A stretch of DNA of 33,960 nt from Octopus bimaculoides (lineage: Eukaryota): the NCBI RefSeq assembly GCF_001194135.2, contig NC_068986.1, forward strand, positions 78,713,183-78,747,142. The letters run 5' to 3'. The notes under the pieces were generated by a model that saw only the letters and a list, made by a program, of their open reading frames with translations, was not told the origin of the DNA and made no database searches. The translations under genes and the position numbers were made by a program. Below are positions 13,347 to 23,484 of this stretch, in pieces; position 1 is the first letter of the stretch; each line of letters opens with the position of its first letter.

Positions 13347-13760
13347 AAACGTGTCTTTGTAGTAAGAAGCTTGCTTTCCAGCCACATGGCTTAGGGGGTT
13401 CAGTCCCACTGCATGTCACCAAGAGGCAAGTGTTTCCTACTATATCCTCGGGCCGACCAAAACCTTGTGAGTGGATTTGGTACACGGAAACTGAAAGAAG
13501 CCCATCGTATAGGTATATATGTATGTGTTTTTATGTCTGTGTTTGTCTTTCCCATTACCGCTTGACAACTCGTGTTGGTGTGTTACGTCCCACTAACTTA
13601 GCAGTTCGGCAACAGATAACGATAGGATAAATATTAGGCTTAAAAAGAAAATAATTCTTGGGGGTTGATTTGTTCGACTAAAACCCTTCAAGGCGGTGCT
13701 TCAGCATAGCCGCAATTAAATGAATAAAATAAGTAAAAGAATATAAAAATAAAAGAAAAG
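13347..13760 (+). mobile_element. tRNA-derived SINE, full length (best copy in window)
   Basis: Degenerate A box, B-box-like ggttcagtccc (~13397), body accaagaggcaagtg...gggccgaccaaaaccttgtgagtggatttgg, central TATG/TG tract, 3' body ending aaggcggtgcttcagcatagccgc and an A-rich tail (aagtaaaaga). Confidence 0.9.
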
Positions 13761-15206
13761 CGTCCAATGAGGAGGGATCTTCTAAGAGCAATGAATTTAA
13801 TCAAAGCAGTAAAAGGCAAAAAAGTGAATCCACTAACTGATTTTTGGTCTATGATAGAGCTGTTGGTTGGCGAACAACTGAAGGAGCATGTTATACCCGA
13901 AAAAAAAAAATGAATAAAGTAAAACCATGAAAAATTTACGAATTACGTGTATTCTGTATATTCACTCAGCTATTAATTTCATCGTGGAAACAGCTGGTGT
14001 ATTATAAAGGCCATCAGGCTATGAACCAAAATATATGTGTTTCTAGTGAAGATTTTGGCTTACAAAATTTACGATATATTTGCACAAATTTATATATGTA
14101 AAGTCTCATTTTCGACTTTGCAAACAACATTTATAGTTGAAACTGCAATACATTTTGCTTTAGGCGAACTTCTCAGTGATCAAAATGCCTAATGTTTAAC
14201 TTGAACACCAATTAGCCAAACCTAACCAACAAGCAGACAATAGCAGCAACTCTTTAATTGAATGCGTTATGGAAAATAAAACAAACGCAACAAAATATAG
14301 ATAAACAACATCAAAGACATAAAATAGCATTACTGTTTAAATTTATTTAATATTCTAAAGAACAAAGAATGAAATAAAGAATTATACGAAGTACTGTATT
14401 CGTTTCCATATACTTCCAGTAGAAATTCTGTAATATTGATACGAGCTCATTAAAGTTTTGAAGATGTTCTCTCTGAAGACTCGAAGATAATTTCATATAC
14501 ACAAATTGGCGGCGAAAACATCTCTGTTTCATTTAAACGAATTATACATAAAAAGATTATTTTCCTAATTATGAGGCGGAGGGAATACCCTGCAAAACCT
14601 AACGAAGACTGTCTTAGAATATTGTAGTTTTCTTTTTATCATCTATTGAATATTCCAGCAAATTTTATTAACAATATAAGTAGTAGTCGCTGTAGTGACA
14701 TCCTAATACACCTAGAAACAAATGCGCGTCCTACGTATTTCTTTTTTATATTTCCATTTTGGAGAAATAATTTTAATTATATCACCAATTAACATATTCC
14801 GACGTTACAAAAACATGTTCACATTCTTTTGCAAAATATAAAACTGTGACGAATACTAGCAGCCTATGTACAGAATATGTAAAGTACATATTCTGTTGGT
14901 TCGAAGCATTGAGTGTGTCAGTCACAACAGAGCATCGAATAGTTATCGTGTCTCCATTCGATTTCGGATTTTACGAAATTTGTGTATGCTTTTGATACAG
15001 CTTGGCTTCCATGAAATTCCTGATCGATCTCACCTCTGGTCAAAGTTATTTCCACCGTGGCCATCACATTTCTAAGTTTATATAACCCGACCTGTACGTC
15101 TATTTCTTTAAATAACTCGACATAATTCAACCAAAACTGCTAAACAACAACGACGAAACACCAGCGCTACACTTCAAAACTCCTTAAGGTGGCAATAGCC
15201 TGGGAT

Positions 15207-15854
15207 CTTTGTGAGTTACAAGTAATGCTATCTGTTGGAGTCTCAGCTTTTTTAGCTGCTATTTCTGAACTTCGGTATATGGTGGAGCAAATGCTTGCTG
15301 ATCCCTTAATTATGTTTATAAATGTATGGGAACTTTTAAATAAGTTCTCCACCGATAATGGTGCTTACATACCGAAGGGCTTGGTAAAAATTATTAATTG
15401 TTGATTTATTAATAAATTAATAAATTGATAAATCTTTACCCTTTTAATTTGTAATGATTATTCACTCCCTGATAGTAAACGCAAAGCTTTTGCGGTATTG
15501 TTTGTAACGCACATGGTAATTTCTTGAGGAGGATGTAGTGGAATGACTGGCCGAGGTAAGTTCGGTTATGCTTTCAGATTGTGTCGAGGCATGATGTTCA
15601 CTCGTTCATACTTGCGCGGTTTGCTAGCATAGTCGAATGTACTACTGGAATATCATACCGATGACGGAAATTGAATTTTATCATTCATAATCCAGAAACG
15701 CGTCTATGATTAACTTTAAATGGTTAGTTTTCATTGTTTTTTCTTCTGTTTTTGCCTTTGTGAGTTACAAGTAATGCTATCTGTTGGAGTCTCAGTTTTT
15801 TTTAGCTGCTATTTCTGAACTTCGGTATATGGTGAAGCAAATGATTGCTGATCC
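15207..15854 (+). repeat. ~99-bp local direct duplication (15207-15304 and 15756-15854)
   Basis: Three substitutions plus one T insertion between copies; the second copy ends exactly at an N gap. Confidence 0.9.
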
Positions 15855-15918
15855 NNNNNNNNNNNNNNNNNNNNNNNNNNNNNNNNNNNNNNNNNNNNNN
15901 NNNNNNNNNNNNNNNNNN

Positions 15919-15992
<74 letters not shown>

Positions 15993-17419
15993 CTACTTCT
16001 ACAGAAAGCTAACTAGAAGAATAGAAACGGCAAGCATTCCACCTGTAATTAGAAATTTATTCATAGGTATCAAAGGCAACACAATTTGAGGTCTATCAGA
16101 TGAAATACTTCTTTAATGCGGTGACATCTCGCTGTAGTGACGCACTAGCGAGAGATGATTGTCTGATAAGAATATGCATGGGCCCATCCCATTTTATATT
16201 TGAAGAGAGTTAGAAAGACCAAGGCAACTTGGTTTATTCTATCAATCAATAATGATATTTCTACTAATGCCACTTTCTGAGGTTAATTAGACAACATTTT
16301 CCTGAAACTGATACTTAACATAAATATTTTAATTTGCATAACGTGATGCTTAGATGTGGCTTCTATCTGTGTACGCTACAACTGAAACAAAAAATACATG
16401 CATTCACAGACTTTATCCACATCCAACATGTAACTTCCAATTCCACGACAATCACCAACTGGGAGAATCACATCTCTCAATGGCTGCGATCAATAGAACC
16501 ACTGTCACACCATATAATGACTTCACGAAACATTATACAAGTATAACAGGCAATATTTACAAAGGAAAATCTACGTGTCACACGAACTCCTTATGGTGTA
16601 GGGACAGAGAAATGTTCATCTCACTGTCCTGCTCCATCTGGAAACTCTGAGAATAAATAGATTTCACATCATTACATGAGACAGGGCTTCTCCTTACTGA
16701 CCCGGAATTCGAAAGTGCCAATTCTGGCTCTCTCAGAAGCTGCATATATTATAAATGCCTGTATTGTTCATCGATAGCATATCAGATCTATCGTTTGGTT
16801 ATCATCAAAGATACGTCCTGTTAATGAAATGGAAATCACTTGTCACTGATAACTCAGAAATTTCATTCTAGGCTTACGTGGTACACTCACATTTGCACGA
16901 TATATAATTCATTTTACCTGCAGTGACTTAATCTCTCATTAAGCGTACTATAATTGACCCTTACTATCATTCGACTGTATTTCTGCCATGTATTTCCCAA
17001 GAACATATAGATATCATAAACTCTGATATGTAACGTGACGCCACTAAGCGGTATCTTCCAGCGAATTGCCATCTCTGAAATCTCAATATCCATAGAAAGC
17101 TGTGCAACTGACGCCAACATCCTCTTTTCTCCACGACGTGGAACAGACAAGTACTTTCATTAGCTGACTGAAGTATCCTCATTTCTCGCCTTGAAAATGT
17201 TTTAAAATTCCCTTGATATTTTCTCTACTTTGACCATATATCTGAGTACGTAGATGTGTTTTATAAACAAATAGGTATACATGTATGTATACTTAGTTTA
17301 CTGTTTCTTTAAAGCGATATCAGCAAAACAAGTACTCCATCCAGTGAGAGATAAATACAATTCAATGTACACTATATTAAAATGAGAGCTACTAATAGTT
17401 TCTTCTCATAAAGACGAGT

Positions 17420-17632
17420 AGTTAGGCAGGGTTTTTATAACGTGCCTGGTGTCTCTAAGCAATCTTCAGCCTCTAAGCACACGATGTGTTTGTTCTACTT
17501 GAAGATGTAAAGCTGGTACATGAGAAACCATGAGAAAAATCCAGCGTCGTGATTTTCGAATAGAACAAACCATATGCTCAGAGGCAGAGATTGCTTGAAG
17601 ATATAAGGGACGTTATAAAAACCTGTCCAACC
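17420..17632. mobile_element. MITE-like element with ~75-bp imperfect terminal inverted repeats
   Basis: Left arm gtttttataacgtgcctggtgtctctaagcaatcttcagcctctaagcacacgatgtgtttgttcta (to 17497) is the approximate reverse complement of right arm tagaacaaaccatatgctcagaggcagagattgcttgaagatataagggacgttataaaaac (from 17561). TSD not resolved. Confidence 0.65.
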
Positions 17633-17699
17633 ATTTGCATTAATGACAAGAAACTATTTGGAACTTATATTTTGATACATTATATATTAAATGAAATAT

Positions 17700-17704
17700 G
17701 TATG

Positions 17705-17758
<54 letters not shown>

Positions 17759-17786
17759 AATATATATATATGTATATATATATCTA

Positions 17787-17853
<67 letters not shown>

Positions 17854-17856
17854 ATA
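17700..17856. repeat. Compound (TA)n/(TG)n/(TATC)n microsatellite
   Basis: Directly visible. Confidence 0.95.
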
Positions 17857-19613
17857 TGAATGGTACTGCCCAGGTGTCGAAACCATAATGATATCCATGG
17901 GACAGCTGATGATGGAGGTACATTGAATTGTTGGTGTGACTGTGGAATAAAATATCCCGTTGATATATATATATATATATATATATATCGAAAGAGAGAG
18001 AGAAAGAGAGGGAGAGAGTTAAGGAGATATAGATAGATATACGCATATATATATGTGTGTGTATGGTGTATGTATATAGATTGATAGATAGATAGATATA
18101 TAGTTAAATACATAGATAGGTAGCTATACACATAAAAATTTCTGAAAATTATTTTGCTTAGCTGCAGTTTTTCTTTGTTACAGCCAGCAATGTCACTAAA
18201 CATATGTGTGTCCGCTCTTGCATTACTTATTTCCATATAAAACTAAGCGTTTCAACTGTAATCTTACACCCATTCTTCATTCTTTCACATTCTTAGAAAG
18301 ATTAAAAACTAATGAAAGCAATTATCAGCTTAACTTTATTCATAATGCAGCTAATTTATTACCTAGCACTTAGCACTGCAGAGGTAAGATATTCCGAAAC
18401 AAGTGGGTCGACAGAAAAAGATAATTAAATATATATGAAAAATGTCTATTGCCTTGAATTATCTTTTACTTGCTTAAATAATGAGAACAATATTTTGCAT
18501 ACTTCTGATTCCCTTAAGATGAAAGTAAAGGGTATGTACATACATTCATTGATAAATACATACATACATACATACATACATATATGCATACATACATACA
18601 TGCATATATACATATATACATACATAAATGCATATTTAAGCACCCACATATCTATAAATACGTGTATATATATATATATATATNNNNNNNNNNNNNNNNN
18701 NNNNNNNNNNNNNNNNNNNNNNNNNNNNNNNNNNNNNNNNNNNNNNNNNNNNNNNNNNNNNNNNNNNNNNNNNNNNNNNNNNNNNNNNNNNNNNNNNNNN
18801 NNNNNNNNNNNNNNNNNNNNNNNNNNNNNNNNNNNNNNNNNNNNNNNNNNNNGCCCTGCATGCTAACGACTCTGCCAATTAAAATATAAAACAAAATAAA
18901 ATAAACATAAAATAAAAATAAGAAATAAGTTCAAATTTTAACCGTGAGTGTGTTAAATTTTAAGGCAAAATAAGAAAATGACTCTCCCCAGACACAACAG
19001 AATATGCTTCAACACACGAAATCTCATAAAGAGTCTTGCAAACCAAATCCCAAAACGAAATATCTATATATATAATACAAATGATATGTGAGCATATGCA
19101 TGTATATACATACATATATGTACATACCTACATCTACATGTATATATAGATGCATATCCGGGTACAGGACGTAAAAAAAAAACGTGGACATAAACAAAGC
19201 ACAAAGAACGAACTTTTTTTACGGACAACAGAATGAACACATCGGAAAACTGACAACTCACATATGGAACTTTTCCTTCATTAGCTGCCTCTATTCTAAA
19301 CTACGCGTTTCGAAGATGGATACAATCCACGTAATGGCTTTCTACAGAGTCTTTATTTAACCTAATTCACGCAACAAACGTAGGTCAATCCCAATATCTT
19401 TTGCTTGGAAAGCGAGCTCTCTAAGCATTCGGACCCATTGCGTGAATATATATATATTGATATCTATCTATATGTGTGTATGCATGTGTGTGTTTGTGTG
19501 TGTGTGTGTATGTGTGTGTGTGTGTGCATATACATAATCTGACAAACTTCAAAGAGGCTGGTGTTGTTCTGCTTTGGTAAGACTATATTATGTAGGGAAT
19601 TTGATAAAATTCA

Positions 19614-19646
19614 CAGTGAACGTTTCGGACACAGTCCTTCATCAAG
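19614..19646 (-). ncRNA. Hammerhead ribozyme remnant (PLE-type minimal type I), probably inactive
   Basis: Minus strand: UUGAUGA-A-GGAC(ugu)GUCC-GAAACGU-U-cacug. Stem II, GAAAC and palindromic stem III are intact, but C3 is U and there is no stem I partner. Confidence 0.4.
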
Positions 19647-19912
19647 GGAAAATGGAAGTATGTACATATGTGTGGGTGTGTTTCTGTATGCGTATGCGCT
19701 TGTGTGAGTAAGTGTATGCATTTGTGCGTGTATGTATATGCATGCATCTCTCTCTCCCCCTCTCTCTATATATGTGCGTATGTGTGTATGCGTGAGAGAG
19801 AGAAATAGAGGGAGAAAGTGGGAAGAGGAACATTTATTTGTGCGGTTCTTTGTTAATGATTTTACAACAGAGAAAATAGAAATACTTATAAGTCCTTTCA
19901 GCAACTTGTGAG

Positions 19913-20023
19913 ATATCAAGGACTGAGCCCAGCTTATTAATTCAATTAGAGAGTCAGGTGACACTATATGCCTGCAAGATGATTAATGAGATCGATGGTG
20001 CAATGAAATTATTCTTAATCAAG
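19913..20023. repeat. Segmental duplication block X, copy 1 (paralogue 26456-26566)
   Basis: 111-bp ungapped alignment, 88/111 identical (79%), offset 6543. Confidence 0.85.
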
Positions 20024-20258
20024 AACTCGGATGAAAAACACTTTTCTTTTTAAATCAATAACAAGCACCAAATCAATTGAGACTTAATCAGATCTTATGC
20101 ATACATACAACTGCAACAGCTTGATGTACATTTCGTAAATGTTTATAACAATATTTTACACTACTTAATGAAATAGTGTAGTACAAATAATGTTACAAGA
20201 AACTTTCCAAAGAATTTTAGAATGTGACAAGGCTGACACATTTTGAGATAGAGGTAAT

Positions 20259-20396
20259 ACTCATTTTTGCCGGTTGAATGGACAGGAGCAACGTGAAATA
20301 AAGTTTCTTGCTCAAGGACACAACGTGTCGCTGAGAATTGAACTCACCACCTTACGATGATGAGCCAAATGCCTTAAAGACTAAGCCACACGCCTT
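20259..20396 (-). mobile_element. tRNA-derived SINE head plus core of a second family
   Basis: Minus strand aggcgtgtggcttagtct (A box) ...gtgagttcaattctc (B box) ...gttgtgtccttgagcaagaaactttatttcacgttgctcc...ggcaaaaatgagt. Confidence 0.8.
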
Positions 20397-20414
20397 CACA
20401 TACAGACACGCACG

Positions 20415-20432
20415 CACACTCGCACACATATA

Positions 20433-20479
<47 letters not shown>

Positions 20480-20710
20480 GTGTGTGTGTATACCCGTCTG
20501 TCTATATGTGGATATGATTGTGGGTTTGTTCCCCGCACTGCTTAATAACCGGTGTTGCCTTGTTTACACACCTGTAACTTAACGGTTTAACAAAAGTGAA
20601 CTATAGAATAAGAACCGGATTTGAAAACAAAATAAAAACTGAAGTTCGTTTGAGGTGGTGCCCCAGCATGGCGGAAGTCTAATAACTGAAGTAAGCAAAA
20701 GATAGAATGA
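20415..20710 (+). mobile_element. (TG)n tract followed by 3' half of the main SINE family
   Basis: gtttgttccccgcactgcttaataaccggtgttg...taacttaacggtt...gaggtggtgccccagcatggc...aataactgaagtaagcaaaaga. Confidence 0.7.
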
Positions 20711-21055
20711 CTTTAAAAGATTCTACTTACTGCAAGTGAGGCTAATCTAATGAATGACTTTCCCATTGAATATTTTTGCAGCCAGGTTCGCCAGTTTGTG
20801 AAAATTTAGACTGCTCTACGAAGAGATTGGAACAAACAAGCAGGGTCTCCTTCTTCGGATAGAATTTCTATGTCAATTGTGATTATCATTTTTAATACAT
20901 TCTGTATAATCTATATATAATTTCTAGAAATTGTTCAAAGATTCTCGATCCGCAAATCTAAAAATAAAAGAAATTTTGATGCAGTCAACATCGTAAACAT
21001 TTTGGTTGCGTTGGATTGTGATACTGCTACTGTTGCTGCTGCCAGTACTGGTGGC

Positions 21056-21095
<40 letters not shown>

Positions 21096-21450
21096 TTGAT
21101 GATGATGATGAGGATGATGAGGATGATGATGATGATGATTAGGATGATGATTATGATGATTATGACAATGATGATGATGATAATGTTGGTGATAATGATA
21201 ATTAGGATAAAGCTGGAGATGATGAACTATGATTGATGTTGATGATAATGATGTTGAGGAAGAAGAGGAGGCAGAGGACAGGGAGTAGGAAGATGATTAT
21301 TGTGGTAATGATAATGACGGATATTATGATAATGTCGATGCTGAGGTTGACGATGCTGGTTGTAGTGATGGCTACAGTGATGTTAATGAAGATGATGATG
21401 ATGCAGTTTATAAAGATAACACTGACGATGAAGACGACGGTAAAGTCAAT
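21056..21450. repeat. (GAT)n and cryptic GNN trinucleotide array, copy 1
   Basis: Pure (GAT)n grading into GAT/GAC/GAG/GTT triplets; TAG stops interrupt the acidic frame. Confidence 0.9.
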
Positions 21451-21511
21451 GATGATATTGGCCATGATGCTGACACCGAAGAAACGTACTTTTCATCTGA
21501 AAAGTCTGCCT

Positions 21512-21517
21512 TTTATT
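21512..21517 (-). terminator. Candidate polyadenylation signal AATAAA
   Basis: About 40 nt after the candidate TAG stop; conserved at 28434-28439; GU-rich sequence follows. Confidence 0.35.
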
Positions 21518-21556
21518 TCGTTAATCGCGAAACTACAGTGTTGTTGTTTCATTGTT

Positions 21557-21675
21557 CTATAATCCATCCAGTTCTCTCTTACAAAACACCAATTCATTGC
21601 ACTTCAAGTCGACATATTTCCTCTCTTTGTTGACTTCTAATTGGTTGACAATGGCCGAATTTGAGATGTCTTCGG
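21557..21675 (-). CDS. Candidate terminal coding exon, unknown protein, copy 1: xEDISNSAIVNQLEVNKERKYVDLKCNELVFCKRELDGL*
   Basis: Polypyrimidine tract (ttttctgtttttctcctttc) then AAG acceptor, in-frame TAA just upstream, 38 open codons to TAG, AATAAA downstream, inside the 98% core. The AAG acceptor is weak and the product is not recognised. Confidence 0.45.
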
Positions 21676-21789
21676 CTTTTTGTTACGAAAGGAGAAAAAC
21701 AGAAAATCATTATTAGGAAGCTATTCTTTGAGCTTAATTATATTATTCCTTTATATTTTTTAAATATGAAAAGACTTCATCGACCTAAT

Positions 21790-22180
21790 TATATATGCAC
21801 ATCTATATACACATACATATATGTATATATGTGCGTGTACCTTCAGGTATATATATATATATATATATGTATACATATGTATGTATGTATGTATATATGT
21901 ATGTATACATACATACATATGTATGTATGTATGTATGTGTGTGTATGTGTGTTTGTGCGTGTGTGTATAGTTTTTCTTTTTTTTCTTTTATTTGTTTCAG
22001 TTATTTGACTGCAGAAATGCTGGAGCATCGTTTTAGTCGAACAAATCGTCCCCAGGACTTATTCTTTGCATGCCTAGTACTTAGTTTTTAGGTCTCTTTT
22101 TTTACGGGAACATAAACACACCAACATCGGTTGTCAAGCGATGGTGTGGAAAGACTCACAAACATATACACACATATACA
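21790..22180 (-). mobile_element. TATG/TG microsatellite plus 3' half of the main SINE family (21970-22180)
   Basis: tttgtttcagttatttgactgc...tgctggagcatcg...gtcgaacaaatcgtccccaggacttattctt...caccaacatcggttgtcaagcgatgg is the reverse complement of the family 3' body. Confidence 0.8.
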
Positions 22181-22508
22181 TGTATATCTATATATATGTA
22201 CATTTCAATAAGATAAGAAAATAGAGACAATAAATTATTATTTATTAATTAAAAATTGACAACAACGCTTACAGCTGTTTCATTTCTAGACATTCAGAAA
22301 ATTAATTAATAAAATAAAGAATCTTTTGGAAGTCAAATCTCGTCAGACGTAGTTTAAGGTATACAAAATAGGTGTTACAGTTGAATATTAATTGTAATGT
22401 TCAATATTGTTTATATAGGTAACTAACCAGTACATTTATTAGATTTTAGTGAGGTCTGTAAGTGAGCCATTAGTGAGTCCTTAGTGAGGTCTGTAACCTT
22501 TATTTGAA

Positions 22509-22549
<41 letters not shown>

Positions 22550-23453
22550 NNNNNNNNNNNNNNNNNNNNNNNNNNNNNNNNNNNNNNNNNNNNNNNNNNN
22601 NNNNNNNNNNNNNNNNNNNNNNNNNNNNNNNNNNNNNNNNNNNNNNNNNNNNNNNNNNNNNNNNNNNNNNNNNNNNNNNNNNNNNNNNNNNNNNNNNNNN
22701 NNNNNNNNNNNNNNNNNNNNNNNNNNNNNNNNNNNNNNNNNNNNNNNNNNNNNNNNNNNNNNNNNNNNNNNNNNNNNNNNNNNNNNNNNNNNNNNNNNNN
22801 NNNNNNNNNNNNNNNNNNNNNNNNNNNNNNNNNNNNNNNNNNNNNNNNNNNNNNNNNNNNNNNNNNNNNNNNNNNNNNNNNNNNNNNNNNNNNNNNNNNN
22901 NNNNNNNNNNNNNNNNNNNNNNNNNNNNNNNNNNNNNNNNNNNNNNNNNNNNNNNNNNNNNNNNNNNNNNNNNNNNNNNNNNNNNNNNNNNNNNNNNNNN
23001 NNNNNNNNNNNNNNNNNNNNNNNNNNNNNNNNNNNNNNNNNNNNNNNNNNNNNNNNNNNNNNNNNNNNNNNNNNNNNNNNNNNNNNNNNNNNNNNNNNNN
23101 NNNNNNNNNNNNNNNNNNNNNNNNNNNNNNNNNNNNNNNNNNNNNNNNNNNNNNNNNNNNNNNNNNNNNNNNNNNNNNNNNNNNNNNNNNNNNNNNNNNN
23201 NNNNNNNNNNNNNNNNNNNNNNNNNNNNNNNNNNNNNNNNNNNNNNNNNNNNNNNNNNNNNNNNNNNNNNNNNNNNNNNNNNNNNNNNNNNNNNNNNNNN
23301 NNNNNNNNNNNNNNNNNNNNNNNNNNNNNNNNNNNNNNNNNNNNNNNNNNNNNNNNNNNNNNNNNNNNNNNNNNNNNNNNNNNNNNNNNNNNNNNNNNNN
23401 NNNNNNNNNNNNNNNNNNNNNNNNNNNNNNNNNNNNNNNNNNNNNNNNNNNNN

Positions 23454-23484
<31 letters not shown>

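Larger units (their letters stand above)
21451..21714. repeat. Segmental duplication core, copy 1 (paralogue 28373-28636)
   Basis: 264 bp, 5 substitutions, no indels (98.1%), offset 6922. Confidence 0.95.

Noticed and set aside
13763-13915. About 50 open codons (SNEEGSSK...NPLTDFWSMIELLVGEQLKEH)
   Set aside because: No start, splice signals or recognisable motif.
15540-15580. GAG|GTAAGT donor followed 22 nt later by tttcag acceptor
   Set aside because: Too short for an intron, and no sustained frame on either side.
16125-16160. Small GC-rich hairpin tctcgct...agcgaga
   Set aside because: Short, bulged and without supporting context; expected by chance.
18140-18236. FSDIAGCNKEKLQL resembling the AAA-ATPase F-x-D-I-A-G motif
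   Set aside because: No Walker A follows and the frame runs into microsatellite; coincidence.
22268-22310. Minus-strand GAAACAGCUGUA, like a PLE hammerhead stem III
   Set aside because: Upstream core reads CUGAAUG rather than CUGANGA, and no stems I/II can be formed.
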